A DNA stretch of 64,000 nucleotides from an uncultured virus (IMG/VR IMGVR_UViG_3300043411_001904) (lineage: Duplodnaviria > Heunggongvirae > Uroviricota > Caudoviricetes), in the IMG/VR virus record IMGVR_UViG_3300043411_001904; one strand, given 5' to 3'. How positions within the stretch are numbered: the first letter of the stretch is position 1; every line of letters begins with the position of its first letter. The translations under genes were made by a program, and so were the position numbers. The notes under the pieces were generated by a model that saw only the letters and a list, made by a program, of their open reading frames with translations, was not told the DNA's origin and did not search any database. Below are positions 39,699 to 50,549 of this stretch, piece by piece.

Positions 39699-41159
39699 TT
39701 ATTTTTCTGGATATTTATCATTCAAAACATTTGTAAGTTCCCTTACCTTAGAATAGTCCTCTGTATCCAAAGCATCATCAATAGCTCTTTGTAAATCTCC
39801 TTTAGACAGATCAAAATAATCAACCCCTTTCTTATTTGGACTCTTAATAGGAATATCTTCTTCATCAGAATCCATAACATCACTATCAGCATTTCCACCA
39901 TCAACATCGTCCATCTCAAATGGAAGAGGCTGAGACTTATCATAATCTCTTAATCCTTTAACGATGTCCGAAATTATAGATTTGCATCTATTTTTTACTG
40001 CTGGATCCTTTTTAAGAATTCCTTTGAATAAACTCAAAAAGTCATCTGTAGACATATCATTCCTATCCACCATTCTGCCAAAAAAATGCTCCCTTAAATT
40101 ACTAATCTCTAAAATTTTAGAATCGGATTTTGACATTTCATCAATAACCGAATTAATATAATCTCTTAGGTCTGATGCTATCTCAGGACCATATCTCCAA
40201 TCTTCAGCTTCATCAGCATTAGATGTAACATTCAATTTAATTTTTTTAGCAAATTCAGCATCATCAGGAATACTGTGAGCAGCAATCAATTCATAAATAC
40301 CCTTAACTGTCTCATGTAAGAGCATCGGGAAATCTATACCAACAGCTTTAATTTTAGGTGTTGTGTCACTAAATAAATCAGATATATCATCTTCATTGTC
40401 GTCTAAATCCTCACCCTTTTCCAAACTCTTCAAAATTCTATCAGCAAGATCATTTTTATCTTCATCAGCTTTTTTCTTATTCCACTCAACTTTGACAGCA
40501 CCAGCCTGTGACATAGGCTGTTCCTCCATCATCTCAGCTCTAGTCTCAACTGGAATCATCCAATCCAGTTTATCAGCTAGTTTAGAAATTCTATTCCAGA
40601 TGTCAAATATTTCCTTTCCTTGAACATCTCCAAATATTGAATCTAATCCATCTTTAACAATATCAGTGTGTAAAATGTTTTTAGTATTTTTAGCTTCTCC
40701 CTGAATAACACTATTTAAAAGTTTAGCCTTATCGACTTCCTTTTTTAAATCAGGATCATTCGTAATTTTATATGATGGGTCATCTTCTTTCTCACCCTCC
40801 TCCATCATTTTGTTTGGCTCTCCCATTTTAACAAGTTTAATATCTAGCTCAACACCATCCAAAATAGATTCGTATTGATCAAGTATAACTCTCTTTGCTA
40901 GATCTTCTAGCTCCTTCTCTTTACCATCTGTCATAGACAATGATCTATTAACTAGGCCCATAAGCTCCATTCCTGTTTGTTGAAGAAGTCTCATATCCCC
41001 TTCCGGTAGTGGTCGACCTCTGTCTCCCATTCTAGCCCTTGCTCTCCTCTCAACATCTGAAAGATACTTAGGATCATTTCGATCATTTGATTCACCAGGA
41101 ATACCAGTATTTCCTTTAATTGATATCTCCTCTAAAAATGGTTTATATTTTCTTATCAT
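39699..41159 (-). CDS. Hypothetical acidic protein (possible virion protein)
   Basis: MIRKYKPFLEE; FPMLLHE..KG.YE; C-terminal UVR-like motif. Confidence 0.55.
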   Translation of the reverse strand: MIRKYKPFLEEISIKGNTGIPGESNDRNDPKYLSDVERRARARMGDRGRPLPEGDMRLLQQTGMELMGLVNRSLSMTDGKEKELEDLAKRVILDQYESILDGVELDIKLVKMGEPNKMMEEGEKEDDPSYKITNDPDLKKEVDKAKLLNSVIQGEAKNTKNILHTDIVKDGLDSIFGDVQGKEIFDIWNRISKLADKLDWMIPVETRAEMMEEQPMSQAGAVKVEWNKKKADEDKNDLADRILKSLEKGEDLDDNEDDISDLFSDTTPKIKAVGIDFPMLLHETVKGIYELIAAHSIPDDAEFAKKIKLNVTSNADEAEDWRYGPEIASDLRDYINSVIDEMSKSDSKILEISNLREHFFGRMVDRNDMSTDDFLSLFKGILKKDPAVKNRCKSIISDIVKGLRDYDKSQPLPFEMDDVDGGNADSDVMDSDEEDIPIKSPNKKGVDYFDLSKGDLQRAIDDALDTEDYSKVRELTNVLNDKYPEK

Positions 41160-41160
41160 T

Positions 41161-41433
41161 TTATTTATTCAGATTTTTAATTTCATCATAGTATCGTTCC
41201 ACAACATCATCGGCGGTAGCTTGAGAAGGCTTATATTTCTTCTTAAGTTTATTCTTTTCTTTTGGATTTTTCTCAATAGCCTTCGGAGCTGGCTCCTCAG
41301 ATGGTCTATCTCTTCTAATTGGAGAAGGTCTAGATGGAGCCTTACCAGGTTTAGTAGTTGGCTTTGTAGTTGGTTTTGTTATAGGATCCGCTGACTCCAC
41401 AGAATAGGATTCAAAAGTCTTTAAATATTTCAT
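41161..41433 (-). CDS. Pro/Lys-rich small protein with MKYLKTFES motif
   Basis: TKPTTKPTTKP repeat. Confidence 0.6.
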   Translation of the reverse strand: MKYLKTFESYSVESADPITKPTTKPTTKPGKAPSRPSPIRRDRPSEEPAPKAIEKNPKEKNKLKKKYKPSQATADDVVERYYDEIKNLNK

Positions 41434-41681
41434 ATGTCTATGTTTTTTTATATATATTAAATTATTAATCAAATTTTTATATATAGTGAAAGGAACAAAA
41501 TCAATGAAAAGATTCTCAATACTATTAGATTCCAATAATCAAAAAGAATTCACGGTAGAGGCTAAAGTTACTTTAAAAATAAAGTCTGAATCATCTGGAG
41601 AAGTTGGATATCTATCAGACTCCATACTAGGATCAATAGAATCAATAGAAGATTTTGAAATAATCAATATAAAAGAAAGAG

Positions 41682-42698
41682 ATGAGAATATTTAAATTTA
41701 AAGATTTTCTTAATGAATCTAGAGGATTAGCCACACCAGTTATACCATATACTGACTTCATAGAAAGTTTGTCATTCTTAGCTCTAGAAAAATTTCTAAA
41801 AAATAAACAGAATACATTATCAGAAGTGCCTAGTGAGATCACAGAAAATATTTCAATAAGAAAAGATTATGTAAAATCCGACTTCCCAATATCGGAATCG
41901 GAATGGGAGAAATTACCAATATCAAGCATGGATCTAAAAATAGAAATAAAAAACATGACAAGTGAAGAATTTGATGAAAATTCATTTTACACAACGGGGT
42001 TTTGTTTCAACATGGATGAAAAAGATGGATCATATTTAAAAGATGATGGATCAATACACTTAAGAATTGAAATAGCAGCAGAAATCAATAAATCATATAC
42101 CGAAGAAAACTCAGATGATCTAAAAACCGAACTGAGATCAACGATATTACACGAACTAAATCATGCATACGAAGGGTATAAAAGAAAGATAAAAGGGTAT
42201 CCATCTATACAAGATGCCATAACAATGGCTTCTGACCACAATACCGAAAATGTCCCTGAAGAAGTTTGGAACTATTGGTGGAAAGAATTAGGATATGCAA
42301 TATATTTTAGTGAAATACAAGAAATGAATGCCATGGTTCATGACTCAATCCCATGGACCTCTAAATTTCCTGTCGAGGAGATGAAAAAGAAAAATAACGC
42401 ATGGGATAAAGCTATTTCCATGATCGAATTCAATGCCGATGAATTCAAGGAAAATATGATTGAACTCATTCAATCAAATACAGAAGATGATCCAATAACT
42501 CTCATGACGAAAATGAAAGATGGATTCGCAAACAAAATAGAGCAAATTGCAAAAGAAAGGGGAGAAGATGATCCATCTTTAAGTCCTGATAAAATTAAAA
42601 AGATGTCAATAGATAGGTTTATAAACTACTTAGAAAAGAGAATAAACACAAGAGGTGAGGTCCTCAGAAGAAAAATTCTGAGAACTTACTCACTATAA
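41682..42698 (+). CDS. HExxH zincin-like protein
   Basis: ILHELNHAY and downstream EMNA; MRIFKFKDFLNE start. Confidence 0.6.
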   Translation: MRIFKFKDFLNESRGLATPVIPYTDFIESLSFLALEKFLKNKQNTLSEVPSEITENISIRKDYVKSDFPISESEWEKLPISSMDLKIEIKNMTSEEFDENSFYTTGFCFNMDEKDGSYLKDDGSIHLRIEIAAEINKSYTEENSDDLKTELRSTILHELNHAYEGYKRKIKGYPSIQDAITMASDHNTENVPEEVWNYWWKELGYAIYFSEIQEMNAMVHDSIPWTSKFPVEEMKKKNNAWDKAISMIEFNADEFKENMIELIQSNTEDDPITLMTKMKDGFANKIEQIAKERGEDDPSLSPDKIKKMSIDRFINYLEKRINTRGEVLRRKILRTYSL

Positions 42699-42700
42699 TC

Positions 42701-43225
42701 TCACTTATTATACTTCAATTTATAGGTCAGTCTATATATTAAACTAACAATAACATCAATGATGCTGTGTAAGTGAGTATCAGATTCCGAGATGGCTGAA
42801 TATCTTTCAGACTTTACGAACTCACCAATCCCCATAAAATATTCTAGTGGATTCAAATTTTTACTAACATTAGTATCAATGATATCATATCCCTCTACAA
42901 CATCATATTGTCCCATATATACCTCAATCAATTCATCAATTAGTTTGGGAACTTCTTCATAGTATTGACCCAATGCTAAATGAGCAGCATGTGACCCATC
43001 ATCACCCTTAACTTGCAAATGATACATATGAGCCATTTCTTTGGATTCGAATAATTTTGAAAAGAACTTAACAGGATCAGATAAATCTGAACTTTCATTA
43101 GAACCTGAAGAACTTTGAGTCGATCCAACTGATTGAGTTCCTGAGGATATCACGACCTGTTGATCTGATGACATCGAATCTAACTGACCCTCGTTGATTT
43201 TTTTCAAAATTGTAAACTTTTTCAT
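42701..43225 (-). CDS. Ferritin/Dps-like phage protein (DUF5856-like)
   Basis: H.YHLQ...SHAAHLALG.YY...DELIE..MG.Y; YKL. Confidence 0.7.
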   Translation of the reverse strand: MKKFTILKKINEGQLDSMSSDQQVVISSGTQSVGSTQSSSGSNESSDLSDPVKFFSKLFESKEMAHMYHLQVKGDDGSHAAHLALGQYYEEVPKLIDELIEVYMGQYDVVEGYDIIDTNVSKNLNPLEYFMGIGEFVKSERYSAISESDTHLHSIIDVIVSLIYRLTYKLKYNK

Positions 43226-43241
43226 ATCGTATATATTATTT

Positions 43242-44003
43242 TCACCAATCCATTTTAATTTCCTTGGGATGTTTATTTATTTTCAAATATTTATCAAATA
43301 CCTCTCTGTATTGAGGCTGATATAAATCAGCATTGGGAATAACATCCATATGTTCAGCTAATCCCGTTGACATGTAAGCTTGTATCTCATCATCAACAAC
43401 AATATTATTGTATCCCATATTAATAATAACGCTTTTTAGAGAATCATATGTTTCTTTTGGTAATTTATTTGTAATATCGTCAATATCTTTTTTATAATTA
43501 GGATCTGTAAAATACATACCATGAGCCATTTCATGATCCAAAAGGGTTGATTCTAAAGAATCAATACCTAATAAATAAAAATCTTTGCTGTCATTATCCA
43601 TTAGAGATGAAAAGAATATATTTTTCATTATTCTATCATATTCGTTTTCATCTGAAATATTATTAAAACACTCCTCAATTGAGGAGGAAGGTATATTGAA
43701 TCCAAACCAATCATAAGCATATGTAAACATATCTTTATTTTTATGATAATTCTTATACCAACCTATATATTCATCGATACTAAATTTTCTACCCCTTATA
43801 TCATCTGACCCGCCCTCATAAAATTCTTGATATCTTAAAAATAAATAACATCTAATTCGAGCATCCTTCACCATCACAGCATAGATACCATTGGCCAATC
43901 TATACAATTCTATTTGATCCAAAATACTCTGAACTTTAAATGGTAGCAATCTAGTCTTGCCTATTTTAGATCCTGTAAAATTCTCAAATATTTTAATTAT
44001 CAT
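43242..44003 (-). CDS. HExxH-containing hypothetical protein
   Basis: FLRYQEFYE; LDHEMAHG; DEIQAY. Confidence 0.6.
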   Translation of the reverse strand: MIIKIFENFTGSKIGKTRLLPFKVQSILDQIELYRLANGIYAVMVKDARIRCYLFLRYQEFYEGGSDDIRGRKFSIDEYIGWYKNYHKNKDMFTYAYDWFGFNIPSSSIEECFNNISDENEYDRIMKNIFFSSLMDNDSKDFYLLGIDSLESTLLDHEMAHGMYFTDPNYKKDIDDITNKLPKETYDSLKSVIINMGYNNIVVDDEIQAYMSTGLAEHMDVIPNADLYQPQYREVFDKYLKINKHPKEIKMDW

Positions 44004-44340
44004 CAGTATAAATATTTTCTTCCACTTTTATTATAATCTCTCATATTCGAGACAACATTGTCTATTTTATCAACCGAATCCTTAAATAGGTTTCTTATTA
44101 ATTCTAAATTTGAAATTGAATCATCGATCTGATCATTACTTGATTTATTTGTCGACTTAAAATTATTCAATTCGTTTATAAGAGAATCGATTGTTTCGGA
44201 TTTTTGATCTATTTCAGATAAAATAACAGATAGGGATTCCAATATTTCAATAACCCTATCAGGTGATATATCATTAATCTCTGATTCAAGAAACTTCTTT
44301 ATCCTCATATTTGAATTTAACGTTTTAATATATATTATAT

Positions 44341-45021
44341 ATGGAATCAAAAAAATGGTATTTGATAAAAGAGTTTTCAGAATTTAACTATCAAAGAATG
44401 ACATCTGATAATGCGATTCCTGGAATCCAAGCTGACGATCCACAATTATCAATAAACGCCTTTGATAAACATCAGGATATGGTCAGACAAGCTATATCTA
44501 GGTTAGGAGATATTAAAAATTCAATGTATGGATCAAATTCATACAAATCCCTAAAATCTAAATTAAGTCTAGAAGATCAAGAAATAAAAGAACTAAAAAT
44601 AATTCGAATTACTAAGTCGGAAGGACTAAATTATGATGCATATATCACATTTGTAATAGGTGAAAATGAGTATTGGGGAGTAATAAAAAACATACTAACA
44701 AATCCAGATCTTAAATCTGAAGTATTTAAAGACTTCGATTTACTCCAAACACAAGAATGGATCATTAAGATAAAAGGAACAATTATTAAAGTAATAAAAA
44801 ATTGGCTAAAACCACAATTTGGGAAATTCAAATTAATAGGGGATGAAATCAATTGCTATTCAAATGAGACAGGAAAATTATTAAAATTACCATCCGAATC
44901 TGAAATTGAAGTATTGAAATCATATGACGATCAAATTATTTTTAAATATGGGAGCGACCAATATTCCCTAAAGGGTGATAACTTTATCTACTTTAATTGG
45001 AGATTTGAAGAAATAAAATAA
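44341..45021 (+). CDS. Hypothetical protein
   Basis: 226 aa ORF. Confidence 0.55.
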   Translation: MESKKWYLIKEFSEFNYQRMTSDNAIPGIQADDPQLSINAFDKHQDMVRQAISRLGDIKNSMYGSNSYKSLKSKLSLEDQEIKELKIIRITKSEGLNYDAYITFVIGENEYWGVIKNILTNPDLKSEVFKDFDLLQTQEWIIKIKGTIIKVIKNWLKPQFGKFKLIGDEINCYSNETGKLLKLPSESEIEVLKSYDDQIIFKYGSDQYSLKGDNFIYFNWRFEEIK

Positions 45022-46446
45022 TCAAAATTCAAAATTCCAAACTTGAGGAATTCCAGATACAGAAATTTCTTCTCTTGAAACATAAATATTATATTCTACA
45101 GATCCCCACTTACCATCCAAAGAATAAATATTCTTAACACTAATCAGATCAAACATCTCCATTATAGGGTATCCATTAGCGCGTCTCATTTCACCATATG
45201 ATTTTGGAAACGCAAGATAAAAATATCCAGAACCAATTATTGAAATGGTTTGATCCGATCTAATATCATTTTTCTTATTTAGAGAATCAAATAGTGTGGA
45301 AGTAGATTTTGGATTAAAATCTCCCCTTGGTCCAAATCCATAGAAGTATGGATATACAAAATTAAATTTCTCAACAACTATAGAAGACTTCCCTCCCATA
45401 TCAATAATTTCTAATGAGAGAGAAAACTCACCATTGGATTTATCGACCGATATTCTTTTTGATTCGATATGAACAGATTCAATATATTCAAATTTAGCAG
45501 GCCCATCAGATGAGAAAGATTCACCCTCTTTAATGAAGAATGTCGTCTTTGTATTAGATATCTTGGTAAGAATAGATTTTAAATTTTCTGATCTTCTAAA
45601 GATAGTTACCTTAAACTCTAAGTTCGTGTCATTAACATGATCCCTTTCAATAGAGTTATTTAATCCAACTCCAATAAACTCAATCTGGATTTTTGGAGCC
45701 AAATGAGGATAAAGAATTTGTCGTATAATTTCTGTAATAGGAACATCCTTAAATGTCGATCCAGCTTTTATACCACCTATATCTACCTGAGTAGGATTAT
45801 CGTCGGTAAATGTTACATCATCCATATTTAATATGGGCTTTTTAAATTGAATAAATTTATTATCAACCAAAAACAAAGCCAAATCACTGCTCTTAATTTT
45901 AGATGGAGATTCTATCATGTTATTGATATCACTCTTGGACGGCCACTTAATATCATTTATATAAATAGACTGGACGCTGTTAAATATAATTTCACCATTA
46001 TTGTTATTAATAAACATGTCCAAGTTTTTATCTCTAGTTCTAACTTCAATTGTTGGTGCTAGTTTCCATAGAGATTTATCGATACCAGCCAGAATAGACA
46101 TTTTGAAATCCTGATACTCATCATCATCTAATTTATTATTATAAAGGAATATATCAATATCCGAATTTAACAAATCAACCGACATGACAGCTTGTCCCAT
46201 AATCTCTCTTTTTCCTAAGAACATCTTTAGTTTTGTTTCGGGTCTATCCAACCCTATATATGGAGATGAATTAACATAGGTAAATTTGATTGGTGATCCC
46301 TCCCAAACGGAAAAGAGAGCATCTCTAAGATCCTTAGGAGACACTTGTTTATTATGATTATCAGGAATTAGGGAAAGTATTTCAGATAAAAATGGACGAC
46401 TCGAAGACTCCGAGTAAGATCCCTTAGCATGCAAATAAGATTTCAT
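45022..46446 (-). CDS. Hypothetical, possibly structural protein
   Basis: IGGIKAGSTF, ILYP..P, FVYPYFYG, YLAFPKSYG motifs reminiscent of phage tail-associated proteins. Confidence 0.45.
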   Translation of the reverse strand: MKSYLHAKGSYSESSSRPFLSEILSLIPDNHNKQVSPKDLRDALFSVWEGSPIKFTYVNSSPYIGLDRPETKLKMFLGKREIMGQAVMSVDLLNSDIDIFLYNNKLDDDEYQDFKMSILAGIDKSLWKLAPTIEVRTRDKNLDMFINNNNGEIIFNSVQSIYINDIKWPSKSDINNMIESPSKIKSSDLALFLVDNKFIQFKKPILNMDDVTFTDDNPTQVDIGGIKAGSTFKDVPITEIIRQILYPHLAPKIQIEFIGVGLNNSIERDHVNDTNLEFKVTIFRRSENLKSILTKISNTKTTFFIKEGESFSSDGPAKFEYIESVHIESKRISVDKSNGEFSLSLEIIDMGGKSSIVVEKFNFVYPYFYGFGPRGDFNPKSTSTLFDSLNKKNDIRSDQTISIIGSGYFYLAFPKSYGEMRRANGYPIMEMFDLISVKNIYSLDGKWGSVEYNIYVSREEISVSGIPQVWNFEF

Positions 46447-46457
46447 GTTTCTATATA

Positions 46458-47150
46458 TTAATTCATAATATATCCTAATCTAACCCTACCCAATTCAAAA
46501 TATTTATCATCCTTTTCAATGCAAATATAGTTTCTATCAACATCCTGACAAGCTTTAGCAGTTGTAAATGATCCTGCAAATGGATCCAATATCAAATCTC
46601 CAATATTAGAATGTTTCTCAATTATTTCTCTAAATAAACCGAGTGGTTTTTGAGTTGGATGACCAATTCTTTCTCTACCATGACATATTGGGTAGTTATA
46701 AATTCCCTTATCATACGTAGAATTAAATGTTGGTTTTTTACCCTTAACAAAGGTAAAAAAGTATTCAGTAGAATTAGACAAATAATTTCGATTTGAGTTT
46801 ATAGGAGTTGGATTATTTTTAACCCATTGACATATTCTAGGCTGCTTAAAACAATATTTCATAGCTAAATTTTTTATCTCACTAGATTTCCATATATCGT
46901 AAAATACTATCAATGTTCCTCCTTTCTTCAAAATTCTATAAAACTCAGAAAACATAAAATCCAAATTCACTTCTTCTCTATCCCAATCTCCAAAATCATT
47001 TGTCATAGCAACAAATTTTTTATTACCACCAACTTTAAACCCCGATTTTTTAGAAATTAGATAGGGAGGATCTGTTAAAATCAGATCTATTGAACTAGAA
47101 GGTATTTTTTTTATATAATCCAGGGAATCATCATTGATTAAAAGATTCAT
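46458..47150 (-). CDS. DNA N6-A/N4-C methyltransferase (beta class)
   Basis: TDPPY; HPTQKP; LDPFAGS. Confidence 0.92.
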   Translation of the reverse strand: MNLLINDDSLDYIKKIPSSSIDLILTDPPYLISKKSGFKVGGNKKFVAMTNDFGDWDREEVNLDFMFSEFYRILKKGGTLIVFYDIWKSSEIKNLAMKYCFKQPRICQWVKNNPTPINSNRNYLSNSTEYFFTFVKGKKPTFNSTYDKGIYNYPICHGRERIGHPTQKPLGLFREIIEKHSNIGDLILDPFAGSFTTAKACQDVDRNYICIEKDDKYFELGRVRLGYIMN

Positions 47151-47194
47151 AAAATATATATACTTGGATCATGATGCCATAAAAAAATAAATAA

Positions 47195-47947
47195 TTGATG
47201 GGTATATTAAATATATTAAAATCTATACTAAACATAAATAAAAAAATAGATCTTAAAACCTTACCATCTCAAGGATTGTTCTATCCACCCGAATTTGATC
47301 TCTGGATCAAAAAAGCCAATATAGATGACATAACAGAATACGAATATGAGTTCGCAGAAGATATGGGGACAATATTATCAAAGCTTAAAAAAATAGTTAA
47401 GAATAATACAATCCTATCCAATGGATTTACTTTCGATGATATAAAAAGTATGGATATAATTTTCGTTTTCATTGAAATTGTCAAATTTACAAATAGCAAA
47501 CCTTTCTTTCTACATGATAAAACAAAAAGCAAAATAGAGTTTTCTGAACAAACCTTCAATTATTTTGATCCAAAAACAATACAAGATGTGTACAACCCAA
47601 TCGAAAGAAACGTTCAAATTGATGGATTCAGATACACAGTACCGACAATGGGTGTTGAAAGCTGCATAACAAATTTTATAATATCCAAATCATTCACACC
47701 TGACTCGAAGAAATATGAAACATACTCATATGATTTTATTTACTTTTTAGGACAAAAAAATAATATATCAAATGATGAGATTGAAAACCTAATACAAATT
47801 TTCAATCATGATATGGATGAAGATGATAAACAAAAGGTAAGAAAAATTATTCATGATCTATCATTCATAGCTTCATATTCTCTAATAAAAGATTCTCAGA
47901 TTATCGGACTATCATCAAGCATAAATTTACAAAGCGTCTGGAAATAA
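47195..47947 (+). CDS. Putative baseplate hub assembly protein (T4 gp26-like)
   Basis: LPSQGLFYP N-terminal motif; weak resemblance only. Confidence 0.4.
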   Translation: MMGILNILKSILNINKKIDLKTLPSQGLFYPPEFDLWIKKANIDDITEYEYEFAEDMGTILSKLKKIVKNNTILSNGFTFDDIKSMDIIFVFIEIVKFTNSKPFFLHDKTKSKIEFSEQTFNYFDPKTIQDVYNPIERNVQIDGFRYTVPTMGVESCITNFIISKSFTPDSKKYETYSYDFIYFLGQKNNISNDEIENLIQIFNHDMDEDDKQKVRKIIHDLSFIASYSLIKDSQIIGLSSSINLQSVWK

Positions 47948-47984
47948 CATAGGAAACATTAAATCATAATTTAGTATAATCGTT

Positions 47985-49490
47985 ATGTTAATCGACACAC
48001 AATTTCTAACTAATTCAAAGAAACTTGTAGTTTCTTATGTGGATAAATCCGGACAAATAAAGCTAAAGTATTTCCAAATGGACAACCCCATGAAATACGT
48101 TACATGTGAAAGTGATGATCCTGACAAACACCCCACATTTAAATATTGGAATGGGAGTAGTGTTAAACAAATTGAAGTAACTCATCCCGATAGATATTCA
48201 ATTTATGAATTTTTAGATTCACTTCCCGAGAGTGAAAAAGATGAGATTTTTGAATACAATGTTCCCAAGATGTATTTTGTGGATATAGAAACAGAAATTA
48301 TAGACGGGTTTCCAGACGCTGAATCAGCCCCAACTAGAGTAACAGCTATATCAGTTGTATATGAAGATAAAATAATATTGATGGGTCTGAAGGAAATGTC
48401 TGATGAAGTACAAAAAAGAATAATTGATAAAACTAATGAATATTTCAAAAATTACAATGTCGAATATAAATTAAAATACATCAAATTTGATGAAGAATTT
48501 GATATGCTATATCACTTTTTCAATAACATGGTTCCTAAAATGCCTCTTATAACCGGATGGAACTTCCTAAACTATGACTGGACATATTTAGTAAATAGAT
48601 CACGAAAATTATCCAAATGGGTTAATGGACGCGAAGTTAAAATAGATCCAAATGTATCATCATTCACTAGAAGATTAAATAAAATATGGTCAACAAACTA
48701 TGAAATACCCGCTCATAGAATGATTTTTGATTACATGCAACTATATGAAGTATGTGATACTTCAATTAAAGTAAAAGAAAGCTCATCCCTCGACTTCGTA
48801 TCTAAAAAACTCGTTGGTGTTGAAAAGATAAAATACAATGGATCTCTTCAGAAATTATATGAAGATGATTTTGAAACATTTATGTATTACAACGCAGTTG
48901 ACTCGGTTCTAGTCCAAAAAATACACGACGCTAGAAATTATATTTCAATAGTATTTGCTATATCCTCACTCGCTAGAATAAGAATTACAGATGTGGTATC
49001 ACAAATGAACAATGCTTTAGGATCACTAGCTATTACAGAGGGAGTGCTAAGAAATAGATTCCGAAAAATGGAAAATATGGTCATTTTCAAAGATGAAAAT
49101 GCAATAAGAGGGGATGAAACAGGAATTGCTGGTGGATGGGTGAAGGAGCCTATCGTAGGTATGAATAAATGGGTAGTGACGTATGACTTTGCATCGCTTT
49201 ATCCAACTGTGCAGAGACAGTTTTTTATAGCTCCAGAAACTTTTGTTGGTCTAAGAGATGAAAAAGATCCAGAATGGTGTATAAATGGAAACCAAAGAAT
49301 AAAAATTGATGACAATTATGTTGTTTGTGTAAATGGTACCGTTTTCGAAAAGAGAAATTCTCCAACTCTAAATATGCTTAAGGATGTATATATCGAAAGA
49401 AAGATTAATAAGAAAAAAATGATGGATAAAAAAGAAGAGCTTCAAAGGGTCCTCGATGAAATAAAAAAATTAGAATCGGAACTGACATAG
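47985..49490 (+). CDS. Family B DNA polymerase, N-terminal half (3'-5' exonuclease + motif A)
   Basis: VDIET, GWN...YD, YNAVD, GGWVKEP, YDFASLYP; ends after ERK..KKKM without motifs B and C. Confidence 0.88.
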   Translation: MLIDTQFLTNSKKLVVSYVDKSGQIKLKYFQMDNPMKYVTCESDDPDKHPTFKYWNGSSVKQIEVTHPDRYSIYEFLDSLPESEKDEIFEYNVPKMYFVDIETEIIDGFPDAESAPTRVTAISVVYEDKIILMGLKEMSDEVQKRIIDKTNEYFKNYNVEYKLKYIKFDEEFDMLYHFFNNMVPKMPLITGWNFLNYDWTYLVNRSRKLSKWVNGREVKIDPNVSSFTRRLNKIWSTNYEIPAHRMIFDYMQLYEVCDTSIKVKESSSLDFVSKKLVGVEKIKYNGSLQKLYEDDFETFMYYNAVDSVLVQKIHDARNYISIVFAISSLARIRITDVVSQMNNALGSLAITEGVLRNRFRKMENMVIFKDENAIRGDETGIAGGWVKEPIVGMNKWVVTYDFASLYPTVQRQFFIAPETFVGLRDEKDPEWCINGNQRIKIDDNYVVCVNGTVFEKRNSPTLNMLKDVYIERKINKKKMMDKKEELQRVLDEIKKLESELT

Positions 49491-49518
49491 GGAAGTAAAA
49501 TATTATTATATATAGTAG

Positions 49519-50514
49519 ATGGAAAATAAATATTACATCTATGTGTTTTTAGACAAATCAAAACCAGGAAAATTCATATATGATGAGATATCATTTGATT
49601 ATGAGCCATTTTATATAGGTAAAGGATGTGAAGACAGAATAATAACATCTAGATACGACAAAGAAAGTCCATTCAAAGTTAGAAAAATAAAGAAAATTGA
49701 AAGAAATGGTGGTGAGATTTTATCTATTAAAATATTCGAAAATCTTGAAAACCTAAAATCTTTAGAAATTGAAAAAATGATCATATCTAAAATAGGAAGA
49801 AGAGACTTAGGACTAGGACCATTAACAAACCAAACAGATGGGGGTGATGGGAGACTGAATTCTCCACATAGTGATGATACTAAGAAAAAAATATCAGAGA
49901 CTAAGAAATCTCAAAACCTAAAAGGATACTCACTTCCAAAACATCAAATAGAATTCTTAAGGTCCATAAACAAAGGAGATAAAAATCCATTCTATGGAAA
50001 AAAACACACAGAAGAAGTTAAAGAAGAACATTCCAAAAGAGTGTCTGGATCTAACCACCCAATGTTTGGAAAAACCCATAGTCCTGATACAATAAAAAAG
50101 ATTCGGGAAAATAGAAGCAAATCTGTTGATCAAGAGAAATCTAATCAAATATCTATCGAATACAACAGTAAAAAAGTACTACAGTTTGGACTGAGTGGAG
50201 AATTTATACAAGAATTTGATTCAATAAAATCAGCATCAAAATCCACAGGACTATCAGAATCACTAATTGGAAAGACATGCAGGGGAGTAGTCAAAAGTCC
50301 AAGAAAATTCATATTCACATTCAAATTAGAAAAGGATAAAATTCTAAGAAATTCATTCAAAATAAAGATAGGAGATAAATTCATGATAAGTGATAAAGAA
50401 TATACCCTAATCAAAAGAAATAAAAAATCAGCTATTTCCTCAAATGGTGAAAAAATAATATCTCTAAGATATATTGAATTCCCTTTTCTTTCAGAAAAGA
50501 TAGAAATAATCTAA
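49519..50514 (+). CDS. GIY-YIG homing endonuclease with NUMOD3/NUMOD1 repeats
   Basis: YYIYVFLD..K; PFYIGKG; LTNQTDGGDG; NPFYGKKH; F.SI..A. Confidence 0.88.
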   Translation: MENKYYIYVFLDKSKPGKFIYDEISFDYEPFYIGKGCEDRIITSRYDKESPFKVRKIKKIERNGGEILSIKIFENLENLKSLEIEKMIISKIGRRDLGLGPLTNQTDGGDGRLNSPHSDDTKKKISETKKSQNLKGYSLPKHQIEFLRSINKGDKNPFYGKKHTEEVKEEHSKRVSGSNHPMFGKTHSPDTIKKIRENRSKSVDQEKSNQISIEYNSKKVLQFGLSGEFIQEFDSIKSASKSTGLSESLIGKTCRGVVKSPRKFIFTFKLEKDKILRNSFKIKIGDKFMISDKEYTLIKRNKKSAISSNGEKIISLRYIEFPFLSEKIEII

Positions 50515-50549
50515 TTCCAACATATACCCCCATTCAAGTATAATATCTT

